Shown piece by piece: positions 1 to 11,066 of a stretch of DNA of 64,000 nucleotides. This DNA comes from an uncultured Thiotrichales bacterium (GTDB lineage Bacteria > Pseudomonadota > Gammaproteobacteria > UWMA-0217): positions 81,750 through 145,749 of the forward strand of contig CAYSFW010000089.1 in the NCBI GenBank assembly GCA_964430355.1, written 5' to 3'. Under the pieces are notes generated by a model. That model did not search any database. It saw nothing but the letters and a program-made list of their open reading frames with translations, and was not told where the DNA came from. The stretch's first letter is position 1; the number at the start of each line of letters is the position of its first letter. The position numbers and the translations under genes are program-made.

Positions 1-55
1 GTTCGACGATCCTGCCATCCTCAAGCAGTTGCGGGAGCTGATCGCGCAGCCCTAG
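1..55 (+). CDS. 3' end of an upstream CDS (partial, product unknown); frame 2 reads ...FDDPAILKQLRELIAQP*
   Basis: Open frame running off the window start and ending at TAG 53-55; too short to assign. Confidence 0.3.
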   Translation, partial: FDDPAILKQLRELIAQP

Positions 56-281
56 GGGGGCGCTAATTCAATGGCTGCGCGGGCGGATCGTCGCATGGTG
101 TGGTGCTCGCTCCTCGCCCATCTGCTTGATATGTCTTGTCGCTGTGCTCCGTGCGCCCTGCGATCCATCCCACTCGCTCATTGAACCAGGGTTTCCGTGG
201 CAGAGGCAGCTTGGTGCAGGGAGCCGCTTTGCTCGTCCCTGCCGTTGCCGCCGTGTGCGCCACAATGGAGCGTCGGAGCCC

Positions 282-1031
282 TCAGTTCGGGTGACTGTGC
301 ACTGTATTCGGCCTGAAGGCCATCGCCTCGCCGAGCGCCGCGCGCAGCCGGTCGATCCACTTCGCATACCCTTGGGTGCTCAGATGCACGCCGTCGAGGA
401 AGTCCCCGGCGACCATCCTGCCCTCGGCGTCGGTGAACAGGGCAAAGGTGTCGACGAACACGCAGTTCGGCCGCGTGCGGCACAGCGCCCGAATGACCGC
501 GTTGACGGGCACGATGTCAGCCGGCACGAGTCGGCGGCCACGGGTGCGGTCGGCCGGCATGATCGCGTTCCACACCAGCGGCGTGTCGGCGGGCAGCCGC
601 GCAAGCAGCTCGCGCAGGCTCGCCTCGGTGTAGGCGAGATCCTCGGTAGGCAGATTGTTCACGCCGATCTGCAGCACGATTGCCCCCGCGCGGTGGAGTG
701 ATTGGTAGGTCGTTACCTGGTCGGCGAGTTGTTCGATGAGCTGGCCGCCGATGCCGAGGTTCACGGAATTCGGCGCCACGGCGGCGGTCGCAAGCCCCTG
801 CGTGATGCTGTCGCCTAGAAACACCACCGCGCCTGCGGGGACGTGGTCGTCCATCCAGCGGTGATAGCGCAGCATGTTGGTGAAGTGCGGCAGCACCTTG
901 GGGCTGTTGTCGATGCCGACCCGGGCGACCAGGTCATTGAACCGCTCGGGGCTTACCACGGCCAATCCAACCAGGGCGTGGAGCAGTAGGATGTAGAGCG
1001 CGGCGAGCGTCAGGCGGATGCGGCGTGTCAT
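282..1031 (-). CDS. SGNH/GDSL-family lipase/acylhydrolase, membrane-anchored or secreted
   Basis: FLGDSIT block (GDSL catalytic Ser motif) plus an SGNH-like C-terminal region. Start placed at MTRRIRLTLAALYILLLHALVGL (N-terminal TM/signal) rather than the longer ORF. Confidence 0.75.
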   Translation of the reverse strand: MTRRIRLTLAALYILLLHALVGLAVVSPERFNDLVARVGIDNSPKVLPHFTNMLRYHRWMDDHVPAGAVVFLGDSITQGLATAAVAPNSVNLGIGGQLIEQLADQVTTYQSLHRAGAIVLQIGVNNLPTEDLAYTEASLRELLARLPADTPLVWNAIMPADRTRGRRLVPADIVPVNAVIRALCRTRPNCVFVDTFALFTDAEGRMVAGDFLDGVHLSTQGYAKWIDRLRAALGEAMAFRPNTVHSHPN

Positions 1032-1120
1032 GGGCCGTTCGGGTAGATCGATGACTGTCCGACCCTTTGCCACATCGCGGGCCATTTGGCAAGGTCGGGC
1101 GGCGTGTTTTGCCAACGCCT

Positions 1121-1555
1121 TCACGCGCGGAGCGGCGCGCCGAGCCCGGTGGTGAGGTAACGCAGGTAGTCTTCGAGGATCAGCGCGTGGTCGAAGGCGA
1201 GCACCCGGCCGGGCGCGGCGGGGTCGACGATCGCCACGGCGCGCGCATCGTCTGCGGCCTGCGGCTCACCCGTCGCGCTCGCGACGTAGACCGCGCTGAT
1301 GGTGTGCCCCCGCGGGTCGCGCGCGGGGTTCGAGTAGCACCCAAGCAATGCCTCCAGGGTAACGTTTAGCCCGGTTTCTTCGTGGGCCTCGCGCACGGCC
1401 GCACGCTCCAGTGTCTCCCCGACATCGACGAAGCCGCCCGGCAGCGCCCAGCTGGGCGGGGGGTTGCGCCGCTCGATGAGCACGATGCGATGGCCCCGGT
1501 GCGCTAGGCGGATGACGAGGTCGACGGCCACGAGCGGCGTGACGGGGCGTGGCAC
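1121..1555 (-). CDS. NUDIX hydrolase
   Basis: Nudix box [24 protein letters not shown]. Likely GTG start whose codon overlaps the hslR TGA stop (tgaccgtg). Confidence 0.75.
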   Translation of the reverse strand: MPRPVTPLVAVDLVIRLAHRGHRIVLIERRNPPPSWALPGGFVDVGETLERAAVREAHEETGLNVTLEALLGCYSNPARDPRGHTISAVYVASATGEPQAADDARAVAIVDPAAPGRVLAFDHALILEDYLRYLTTGLGAPLRA

Positions 1556-1557
1556 GG

Positions 1558-1953
1558 TCAGTCCTTGCCGGTAAGTTGGCGGATCTTCTGACGGTCGCGC
1601 CCCGACGGGCGGTGCTCGCTTGGCACCATGCCCATGCGCTCGAGCCGGCACTGTTCGGCCGCGGCCTCGCGGCGCAGTCGGCTCGCCTCGGTCTCGGTGT
1701 AGAGCGTCTGGGCGACCTTGGCAGGCCCGCGCTGCTCGGCGAGCGCCTGCACGATGACCACCATCGTCTCGAAGCCGCGCCGCACCTCGAGCACGTCCCC
1801 GACACGCACGGCGCGCGCCGGCTTCACGCGCTGGTCGTTGACGTGCACCTTGCCGCCCTCGATCGCCTCCGTGGCGAGCGCCCGGGTCTTGAAGAAGCGC
1901 GCAGCCCACAGCCATTTGTCGAGGCGCACGCGCCCGGCGTCGGATTCACTCAT
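1558..1953 (-). CDS. hslR: Ribosome-associated heat shock protein Hsp15 (S4 RNA-binding domain)
   Basis: 131 aa starting [27 protein letters not shown]..., typical HslR/S4 domain. 4-bp overlap with the fumC stop. Confidence 0.85.
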   Translation of the reverse strand: MSESDAGRVRLDKWLWAARFFKTRALATEAIEGGKVHVNDQRVKPARAVRVGDVLEVRRGFETMVVIVQALAEQRGPAKVAQTLYTETEASRLRREAAAEQCRLERMGMVPSEHRPSGRDRQKIRQLTGKD

Positions 1954-3335
1954 CGCTCCACGGCCCCCGTCAGACGCAGCGGATCGAGGAGCCGCTCGAG
2001 CTCTGCCCGGGGCAGGGCCGTCAGTTCCTCGGCGACGTCGATCACCGGCCGGTCCTCGGCCAACGCACGTTTCACGATGCGCGCGCCTTGCTCGTAGCCG
2101 ATGAGGTTGTTCAGCGCGGTCGCCACGACGGGGTTGCGCGCCAGGGCCGCCTGGAGGGTCGCGGCGTTGATCTGAAAACCGGCGATGGCCTTGTCGGCGA
2201 GGTGCTCGAGCGCGTTCGAGAGCCACTCGACACTGGTGAGCAGGTTCCGCGCCACCACCGGCAGCATCACGTTCAGCTCGAAGTTGCCCGATTGACCGGC
2301 GAGGGTGACGGTGGCGTCGTTGCCGATGACCTGCGCGGCGACCATGCACACCGCCTCAGGGATCACCGGGTTGACCTTGCCCGGCATGATGCTGCTGCCC
2401 GGCTGCAGTGCGGGCAGGGTGATCTCGCCGAGACCGGCCAGGGGGCCCGAGTTCATCCAGCGCAGGTCATTGGCGATCTTCATCACGGCGCAGGCGAGCG
2501 TCTTGAGCCGCCCCGACAGCGCGACGGCGGCATCGAGGCTTGCGATGCCCGCGAACTTGTTCGGCAGGGGGCGGAAGGCGAGCCCCGTGAGGCGCTCGAG
2601 TTCGCGGCAGACGCGTGCATCGAAGCCCGGCGGTGCATTCATGCCGGTGCCGATGGCCGTGCCGCCGATCGGCAACAGCCGCAGGCGCTGCAGGGACTGC
2701 GCGAGTTCGACGCCGACCGCCTCGAGCTGCGCCGACCAGCCAGACAGCGCCTGGCCGAAGGTGATCGGCAGTGCATCCATCAAGTGCGTGCGCCCCGTCT
2801 TCGCGACCCCCGCGAGCTCAACGGCGCGTTGATCGATCACCGCACGCAGGTGCGCGAGCGCCGGCAGCAGCCGTTGGTCCACGCCGAGCGCGGCGGCGAC
2901 GTGCAGAGCGGTGGGCATCACATCGTTGGAACTCTGCCCGCGGTTGACGTCGTCGTTGGGGTGGATGCGTTCGCCCAGGGCGCGGCTGGCCAGCGCGGCG
3001 ATCACCTCGTTGGCGTTCATGTTCGTCGAGGTGCCCGAGCCGGTCTGGAACACATCGACGGGGAACTGCTCGTCGTGCACACCCGCGGCGACCTCGAGCG
3101 CAGCGTCGCGGATGGCCGCGCCCCGTGCTGCCGGTAGGTCTGCAGTGGCAACCAGGGCAGTCGCACAGGCGGCCTTCACCAGTCCGAGCGCGTGGATCAG
3201 CGCCCTCGGCATGGGCTCTCCGCTGATGCGAAAGTTCTCGATGGCCCGCTGCGTCTGCGCGCCATAGAGCGCATCGATCGGCACGGCAACCTCGCCGAGG
3301 CTGTCGTGTTCAATACGAAATTGCGAGGTACTCAT
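1950..3335 (-). CDS. fumC: Class II fumarate hydratase
   Basis: GSSIMPGKVNP signature and full-length FumC similarity. ATG at 3335 follows GGAGG; the track's longer ORF begins at an upstream GTG. Confidence 0.95.
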   Translation of the reverse strand: MSTSQFRIEHDSLGEVAVPIDALYGAQTQRAIENFRISGEPMPRALIHALGLVKAACATALVATADLPAARGAAIRDAALEVAAGVHDEQFPVDVFQTGSGTSTNMNANEVIAALASRALGERIHPNDDVNRGQSSNDVMPTALHVAAALGVDQRLLPALAHLRAVIDQRAVELAGVAKTGRTHLMDALPITFGQALSGWSAQLEAVGVELAQSLQRLRLLPIGGTAIGTGMNAPPGFDARVCRELERLTGLAFRPLPNKFAGIASLDAAVALSGRLKTLACAVMKIANDLRWMNSGPLAGLGEITLPALQPGSSIMPGKVNPVIPEAVCMVAAQVIGNDATVTLAGQSGNFELNVMLPVVARNLLTSVEWLSNALEHLADKAIAGFQINAATLQAALARNPVVATALNNLIGYEQGARIVKRALAEDRPVIDVAEELTALPRAELERLLDPLRLTGAVER

Positions 3336-3370
3336 CAAAACCTCCACCGCAAGAACGCCCTCTTGTATAG

Positions 3371-4771
<1,401 letters not shown>

Positions 4772-4775
4772 CGCC

Positions 4776-5966
4776 GTGGATGACCGCCCGCTACGCTTGC
4801 TCGGGGGCCTGACGGCCTCGGAGTTTCTGCGCGACTACTGGCAGAAAAGACCCTTGTTCGTCCGCGGCGCGTGGCCGGATCTCGCTTGCCCGATCAGCGC
4901 CGAGGAGCTGGCCGGGCTCGCCTGCGAGGAAGAGGTGACCGCCCGGCTCGTGCAGGAGCGCCACCGCAAGCAGCCCTGGCTCGTGAGCTACGGCCCATTC
5001 GACGAAAAGGTATTCGCACGCCTACCGAAGACGCACTGGACGTTTCTGGTCAACGACTGCGAGAAGCACGTCCCCGAGCTGCAGGCGCTGGTCGAGCCGT
5101 TCCGCTTCATCCCGGACTGGCGCATCGACGACCTGCAGATCAGCTATGCGGCCGATCAAGGCAGCGTGGGACCCCACTACGATGACTACGACGTGTTCCT
5201 GCTCCAGCTCGAGGGCCGCCGCGAGTGGCGCTTCGGTGCCGCGCCGCTCACCGACCTGAGTTGTGTGGACGGGCTCGATCTGCGCCTGTTGCGGCATTTC
5301 GACGCGGATACGGTGGTCGTCGTGGAGCCGGGCGATCTACTGTACCTGCCGCCGCGTGTCGGTCACCACGGCATTGCGCAGGGGCCGTGCATGACCGCCT
5401 CGGTAGGCTTTCGCGCGCCGGCGCATCGTGACCTCCTGCATGCATTCGCCGAGGCACTGGTGGCGCGCACGCCGGAGGACCACCGCTATGCCGATCCCGA
5501 CCTCGCACCGCGGGCCAGCAGCGCGGAAATCACGCCAACGGCCGTGCACAAATTCCGGCAGACGATCTCCGCCCTGACAGCGATGACCGATCGCGAGTTT
5601 CGCGACTGGCTGGGCTGTTACCTGACCGAGCCCAAACTCGAGGTCGAGCGGCCCGAACAACCCCTCGATGCGCAGCGATTCACGCAGTGGCTCGGTGAGG
5701 CCGACGCCGCACTCGCCCGTAACCCACGCACGCGCATGGCCTTTTGCGCCGATGAGGAGGCCGTGGTGCTTTACGTCAACGGCGAATGCCACGCGCTGCC
5801 CGCCGCGTTCAGGCAGGACGTCGAGGTGCTGAGCACAGCGGGCACGCTGCGCCCGTGGCAGCTCGTGCACCGCGACGCCCCGGAGCTGCAGGCTGTGATT
5901 TATACTCTCGTGTGTGCGGGTGCCCTGGAATTCGGTGATGGCGGGGGCGGATTGGTCGGTTCGTGA
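4776..5966 (+). CDS. roxA: Cupin/JmjC-domain 2-oxoglutarate oxygenase, ribosomal protein L16 arginine hydroxylase RoxA/YcfD-like
   Basis: Colinear with E. coli YcfD: WQKRPLF, PDWRIDDLQISY, GPHYDDYDVFLLQ, LLYLPP..HHG, SVGFRAP. Confidence 0.8.
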   Translation: MDDRPLRLLGGLTASEFLRDYWQKRPLFVRGAWPDLACPISAEELAGLACEEEVTARLVQERHRKQPWLVSYGPFDEKVFARLPKTHWTFLVNDCEKHVPELQALVEPFRFIPDWRIDDLQISYAADQGSVGPHYDDYDVFLLQLEGRREWRFGAAPLTDLSCVDGLDLRLLRHFDADTVVVVEPGDLLYLPPRVGHHGIAQGPCMTASVGFRAPAHRDLLHAFAEALVARTPEDHRYADPDLAPRASSAEITPTAVHKFRQTISALTAMTDREFRDWLGCYLTEPKLEVERPEQPLDAQRFTQWLGEADAALARNPRTRMAFCADEEAVVLYVNGECHALPAAFRQDVEVLSTAGTLRPWQLVHRDAPELQAVIYTLVCAGALEFGDGGGGLVGS

Positions 5967-6372
5967 CGCGGTCTGGTCGAGCGACGCGGAGGCGTTGTTG
6001 CGCGTGAGGCTGGCCGTGTTCGTGAACGAGCAAGGCGTGCCCTTCGAGCTGGAGCAGGATGGAGACGACGAGCACGCCATTCACGTGCTGGCCGAGACCC
6101 TGCGTGGCGAGCCCATCGGCACGGGGCGTCTCCTCAGCAATGGCCACATCGGGCGCATGGCCGTGCTGCGAGACTACCGCGGGCAGGGCGTAGGCTCGGC
6201 CATGCTGCAGTGGCTGATGGCGCAGGCCAGATCCCGGCTTGGGTTGCAGCAGGTGTTTCTGAACGCCCAGGTTCATGCCTTGCCCTTCTACGCCCCGCAC
6301 GGTTTTACGGCCGAGGGCGAGGTCTTCGACGACGCCGGTTTACCGCACCGGAAAATGCAATGTTCTATTTGA
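5938..6372 (+). CDS. GNAT family N-acetyltransferase
   Basis: Acetyl-CoA binding block RDYRGQGVGSAMLQW. The start is ambiguous (ATG 5914 or 5938) and overlaps the roxA 3' end. Confidence 0.7.
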   Translation: MAGADWSVRDAVWSSDAEALLRVRLAVFVNEQGVPFELEQDGDDEHAIHVLAETLRGEPIGTGRLLSNGHIGRMAVLRDYRGQGVGSAMLQWLMAQARSRLGLQQVFLNAQVHALPFYAPHGFTAEGEVFDDAGLPHRKMQCSI

Positions 6373-6476
6373 CAGGGTGTTGAGAAAGAGACTGCGGGAT
6401 GCGGCGACCTGTGTCGTGCCTGAGCAGTCCTCGCTACGTTTTTCAACGCCCTGATGGCCACCCGGAGGTGGCGGAC

Positions 6477-7010
6477 ATGGATAAGTCTCACCACGAACCT
6501 GACCACCCGAACGCCGACGCTTTCGAAGACCTTGGCGAGCGGACCCTGACCCTCGATTCGACGGACCGCGCCCGCGAGGCCGTGGCGTATTTGCTGCGCA
6601 ACGCAGCCAGTGAGGTCGTCATCCTGAGTCACAACCTTGATCGCAGGCTGTTCGATGACCCTGACATCCTGGATGCCGCGCGCCGTTTTCTGGTGCCGCA
6701 ACATCACACGCTGCGAGTGCTGGTACGCAGCAGCCGGGATCTGGTGAGCCGCTCCCATCGCCTCATGATGCTAGTACCGCGGTTCCCAGAGCGGTTCCTG
6801 ATTCGGCAATTGCACGCCCGCGACCGAACGGTCAGCCAGGTATACGTCGTTAGCGACGGCGTCGGTGTCCTGCACAAGCCAGTCGCCAGTCAGCGTCAAG
6901 CCCGCTTCGGTGCGCACAACCCATGGTTTGCGAAGCGTCTGCAAGCGGAGTTCGAGACCCTGTGGAACCGGGCGGAGGCCGTCACGGAAGCGCACAAGCT
7001 GGGGCTGTAG
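6477..7010 (+). CDS. Hypothetical protein (no recognisable domain)
   Basis: 177-aa ORF with typical GC3 codon usage; the ATG is preceded by GGAGGTG. The track's longer ORF starts 78 nt upstream. Confidence 0.5.
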   Translation: MDKSHHEPDHPNADAFEDLGERTLTLDSTDRAREAVAYLLRNAASEVVILSHNLDRRLFDDPDILDAARRFLVPQHHTLRVLVRSSRDLVSRSHRLMMLVPRFPERFLIRQLHARDRTVSQVYVVSDGVGVLHKPVASQRQARFGAHNPWFAKRLQAEFETLWNRAEAVTEAHKLGL

Positions 7011-7025
7011 CACCGCCCTCGTCCA

Positions 7026-7703
7026 TCACAACCCGAGGGCGTCGTCGTTGACCGCCAGCACCAGACGGACGGGTTTGCGCTCGCCTGAGTCATCGCGCAC
7101 CAGTTCTGCCACGGTTTGATGCACACGGATGACGTATTCACGGGTCTGGCGTGGCACATGCCGCTGGACATCCTCCCAATTGTCACGCGGGTTGCCCGCC
7201 TTGGCGAGCGCAGTGGCGATCCGGGCGTAGCCGGCGTTGTAGCTGGCCAGCATCAGCAGAAAGCGCTTTTCGTCGGAGAGGCCGCGTTGCTTTCGCCAGC
7301 GGTCGTAGAGATACCGGTTGTAGTAGATGCCGGCGGCGATGTTCCATTCCGGATGGGAAAGGTCCTTGTCCCTGAAGAAGGGATTCTGTTTCTGGATCTC
7401 CTCGAATGTCGTCCGGCGTATCTGCATCACGCCGACCGCGCCGCGCTCACTTTGTGAGTCGTGTTCGAGCCGGGATTCGACGATGGCTTGAGATTTGAAG
7501 ATCCGCCAGTCGACTGCGTCGCCAAAAAATTTTTGCGTGTATTTTCGGAAAAGCCGGTCGTACTTGATCGCATCGAAATCCACGGGCGCCGCAGGCTCGA
7601 CCGCCGGTGGCGGCGTGACCGGCTCAGCGACGGGCTTGGCGTCGGCGGCGACCAGTCCAGCACACAACAGCGCTAGCGCGCCGCTCAGGACTATGCTCTG
7701 CAT
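7026..7703 (-). CDS. Lytic transglycosylase domain protein (SLT domain), secreted
   Basis: Signal peptide MQSIVLSGALALLCAGLVAA and SLT catalytic block ESRLEHDSQSERGAVGVMQI..YNAGYARI. Confidence 0.8.
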   Translation of the reverse strand: MQSIVLSGALALLCAGLVAADAKPVAEPVTPPPAVEPAAPVDFDAIKYDRLFRKYTQKFFGDAVDWRIFKSQAIVESRLEHDSQSERGAVGVMQIRRTTFEEIQKQNPFFRDKDLSHPEWNIAAGIYYNRYLYDRWRKQRGLSDEKRFLLMLASYNAGYARIATALAKAGNPRDNWEDVQRHVPRQTREYVIRVHQTVAELVRDDSGERKPVRLVLAVNDDALGL

Positions 7704-8158
7704 GAATAACCTGCCTCTTCGTGTTCATTCTTATGGCCCCTCCTCCCGAGGCCAGGCAAAAAATGCGACCTTGGCTCTGGCGGCCAGGTCCGCGCGTTTC
7801 ATCAAGACTCGATGGCCCTGTGTCCCAGACCTCTTGCGCCGTCCTGGACGATCCCCAAGGCGGTGTGCGACAGTACTCTTCGACACGGCTGCCGAGTCTA
7901 ACCCCAAGTCCCCGCGCAAGATACGCGTGCGTCAATAAATTGACACGTTTCCCAGATCTTCTGTCGTCGCAGGACGGCGCCTTCGTGCGGGGCGTACACT
8001 AGGGACCCAGGAAAACCCCTATATACTGATTTACTAATATACGGTTTTCTGTCAGAGTCAGGCAATTGCGCCAGGCGAATAATCGGCAAAATTTCGGGCG
8101 AGCGCCCGTTTTGACCGTGATGCTCTGGCCAGCGAGAGGATTTTGAGGTAAGCGAACC

Positions 8159-9592
8159 ATGTCCAGCCCAGTTAGCGAAGTTCATCGAGAGGCTACCGAC
8201 AGCCGCACCAAGATCGCAGGCCTCAGTGCCTTGCTGGGCGCGGGGATTCTGTTTCTGGTGGCGGCCAATGGGTTTTTCACCTACTCAGGCGCGCTGCTCT
8301 ACGTGCAGGAGACGGAGTACGCCATCCTTTTCGCGATTGCGGTGCAGTTTGCGATTGGCGCGAGCCTGCTTGCGTTACCATTCGTCCGCGGTCTCGGCAA
8401 GCTCGCGATGTTGGTCGTCTACGTCGCCGCACTGACACTCTCGACGCTGTCAGCGTTTACCTACGTCTACAACGCCTCATTGCCCGAAAAGCGCGATGTT
8501 CACGCCCTCGGCACGGAGGCCAAGGCTTTGATCTCGAATAAACTCAGTGATGCGCTCCAGCAAGAGCGTACGCGTATCGATGAGGAGCGTCAGAAGCTCG
8601 AGCGTTTGTCCCGGGGCGTCGAGGAGGAGGTCCGGCTGGGGCTGAGCTCGGGGCTTGGGCCGGGCAAGGGGCCGGAATACTACCGTAAGCTCGAGGAGTT
8701 CCAGACGCACAAGACGCTCATGGAGGGCGAAGAAAAGCGGTTCAAGAATGCCCAGGCGATCGTGGCCGAAATCAAGGGCAAACTTGCGCAGGCCGAAACC
8801 CCCGCGCTGCGCGACGAGCTGATCGTGCTGTTTTCCAGCCTGCGGGTGGAACTCGGTGATCCACAGGCCAAGGAGGCCATTTTGCGCACCACCCAGGAAC
8901 ACCTCGGTGTGCTGAAAACGCCGGTCGAACGGGCCTACGATGCTGTTGTGAACCCCGACCAGTTCTCCATCGGCGTGGTCGTGAGCGCGGTGTGGGCGGC
9001 CATGTTCGACCTGATCGCCCTGTTTCTGGGCGTGATCCGCTACTACCTGCTGCGCCCCAGCCGCTCGATCTTCCACGCGCTCTACGAGGGACTCGCCGGG
9101 TTCTACACCTTCCTGCTGAAGCTCGCGCACCTGCGCAGCGACGCGCGCGGACGCTTCCAGCGGGCCGCGGCGATCAACGGGCCTGCGCTCAATTCCACCG
9201 AAATGCATGCATTTGCTACGTACCTGCTCGCAGGCAGCCAGCTCTCGCAGGATGAGTCGAGCAATGACCCGGTCGAGCCTTTGCGCACGCTGCTGAGTCA
9301 TGTCGAGCCGCTCGCGCTGGAGAAGTCGAAGAACAGCGTGGGTATCCGCTTCGAGCAGCTCGAGGACAAGCCCCGGCTCAATCCGCTGCTGGCGATGCTC
9401 ATCCAGAGCGGGGTGCTGATCAACGACCGCGAGAACCGCTGCTACGTGCTCAATCCGGCGACGGACATGGCGCAGAAGGTGCTCGTGTTCATCCGCATCG
9501 GAATGAAGAACCAGCCGGAGCAGATCGACAGCATGCGTTTCTTGCTGCAGGGGCGGGGTCCAGTAGCCGTCGGGGCACCGGCGGCGTTGTGA
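8159..9592 (+). CDS. Hypothetical polytopic membrane protein with long coiled-coil region
   Basis: 477 aa with three N-terminal hydrophobic helices, a ~180-aa charged coiled-coil segment, another hydrophobic helix and a ~150-aa C-terminal domain. GAGGTAA lies 8 nt upstream of the ATG. No recognisable family. Confidence 0.6.
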   Translation: MSSPVSEVHREATDSRTKIAGLSALLGAGILFLVAANGFFTYSGALLYVQETEYAILFAIAVQFAIGASLLALPFVRGLGKLAMLVVYVAALTLSTLSAFTYVYNASLPEKRDVHALGTEAKALISNKLSDALQQERTRIDEERQKLERLSRGVEEEVRLGLSSGLGPGKGPEYYRKLEEFQTHKTLMEGEEKRFKNAQAIVAEIKGKLAQAETPALRDELIVLFSSLRVELGDPQAKEAILRTTQEHLGVLKTPVERAYDAVVNPDQFSIGVVVSAVWAAMFDLIALFLGVIRYYLLRPSRSIFHALYEGLAGFYTFLLKLAHLRSDARGRFQRAAAINGPALNSTEMHAFATYLLAGSQLSQDESSNDPVEPLRTLLSHVEPLALEKSKNSVGIRFEQLEDKPRLNPLLAMLIQSGVLINDRENRCYVLNPATDMAQKVLVFIRIGMKNQPEQIDSMRFLLQGRGPVAVGAPAAL

Positions 9593-9621
9593 TTGCCCGC
9601 GCAGTCGGTGGAGTTGTCCCC

Positions 9622-10716
9622 TCACGGGACCGGTGACGACGCGACGGGCGGCTTGATGAAGTTTTGTAGGTCCGCGAAGTTGCGCACCCAGGGGCGTACG
9701 GCACGCAGCGCGGGGGGGAGTGCCTCCAGCGCCGCCGTCGCCTGGGCGATGTCGGCGTAGTCCCCGACGATCAGGTTGTAGCGTGTCTCGTTGTTGCGCC
9801 GCTGTGTGAAGTAGGCGGCTGGGTCGCGGCGCGGGAGCTTGCCGACGTGGGACTGGAAGGTGCCCAGATCGGCGGCGGAGAGGATCTGGATGGTGTAGTG
9901 CCGCGGGGCCCGGCCCATGATCCACTGCTCGTCGAGCAGGCCCTCCCGCTCAGGGTCGAAAATGCCGGGGGCGGCAGGTTGCAGGAGGCGCTGAGCGCGC
10001 TTGGCCTCGGCCGAGTTCGGGTAGGCACTTTCGAGCTTGGCGACGTAGTCCTGCAGCCCGGCCGTACGGCGGTTGCGGTGTTCGATCTCGGCGCCGAGCA
10101 GCAGGGTCTGCGCGTTGTGCGTGGCGACCTGGAGATAGCGGTTGAGGTAGCTCTCCGCGAGCCCGACCTGGCCCTGGTCGAAATACAGCCGGGCGAGCTG
10201 AAACAGCGCGACGGACTGGTTCGGCTTTTGCTGGATGGCTTGCTCGAGAAAGCCCCGCGCACTGTCAGGCTGACCGGCGCGAAGGGCGCACAACCCCGCG
10301 TTCACGTAGGCCACGTCAGGGTTGCGGTTGCCTGGGGCCTGGGCCGCGAGCAGGAACTGGGTCTGCGCATCCTTGAATTCCCGGCGTTCGCAGAGGAATG
10401 TGCCGTAGTTGTTGAGGATCAGCGCGTCCTGTGGTGCAAGTTGGAGCGCGCGGCGGAAGTGCTCACGGGCAGCCTCTGGCCGATCCAGGCGTTGGCTGGT
10501 CAATCCTAGCAGGTTCTGAAACTGGGCATTCTCCGCGTCCTCCCGCGCACCCTGCGTTGCGGCCTGATGCGCTTCGACGATCTTGCCCTGCCGGTAGGCA
10601 GCTACCGCACGTTGCAACAGGGGTTCCGTGCCGGCGTCCGAGTCCAGCGGGCCGCGCGGCCCCGCGCAGCCTGCGAGCGCGGCTACCAGAACCAGTAACG
10701 AGTAACGCATCATCAT
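9622..10716 (-). CDS. TPR-repeat lipoprotein with C-terminal SPOR (septal peptidoglycan-binding) domain
   Basis: Lipobox LAGCAG after MMMRYSLLVLVAA, several TPR units, and a C-terminal SPOR-like segment YTIQILSAADLGTFQSH...RYNLIVGDYADIAQATAALEALP. Confidence 0.7.
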   Translation of the reverse strand: MMMRYSLLVLVAALAGCAGPRGPLDSDAGTEPLLQRAVAAYRQGKIVEAHQAATQGAREDAENAQFQNLLGLTSQRLDRPEAAREHFRRALQLAPQDALILNNYGTFLCERREFKDAQTQFLLAAQAPGNRNPDVAYVNAGLCALRAGQPDSARGFLEQAIQQKPNQSVALFQLARLYFDQGQVGLAESYLNRYLQVATHNAQTLLLGAEIEHRNRRTAGLQDYVAKLESAYPNSAEAKRAQRLLQPAAPGIFDPEREGLLDEQWIMGRAPRHYTIQILSAADLGTFQSHVGKLPRRDPAAYFTQRRNNETRYNLIVGDYADIAQATAALEALPPALRAVRPWVRNFADLQNFIKPPVASSPVP

Positions 10717-10835
10717 CCTGTTTCGCGATTGCACGGAGCGGCCAACTATACCCGATTTTCCTGGCCGCAAGGTTTCAATTCATTACAGCCAGTGGCTACA
10801 CTTCGCAGGCTTGAGTTCAGGATCGCGCCGCGCAC

Positions 10836-11042
10836 ATGTTCACCGACGAAGAGGAAAGGATCCGTCAAAAGCTCTACGAGCTGGAGCGGGAGCACCGTGA
10901 TCTCGACGACATGATCGGCCGTCTCAACGAGGCCATCTACGTCGATCAATTGCAGATGCGGCGGCTAAAAAAGCGCAAGCTGATGCTGAAGGACGCCATC
11001 GAGCGCTTGCGCAGTCAGCTCATCCCCGATCTGGACGCGTAA
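10836..11042 (+). CDS. DUF465 (YdcH-like) small protein
   Basis: 68 aa with coiled-coil text LYELEREHRDLDDMIGRL...QLQMRRLKKRKLMLKDAI, typical of the YdcH family. Confidence 0.75.
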   Translation: MFTDEEERIRQKLYELEREHRDLDDMIGRLNEAIYVDQLQMRRLKKRKLMLKDAIERLRSQLIPDLDA

Positions 11043-11066
11043 GCGTCCGCGCGACCCACCCCGCCC

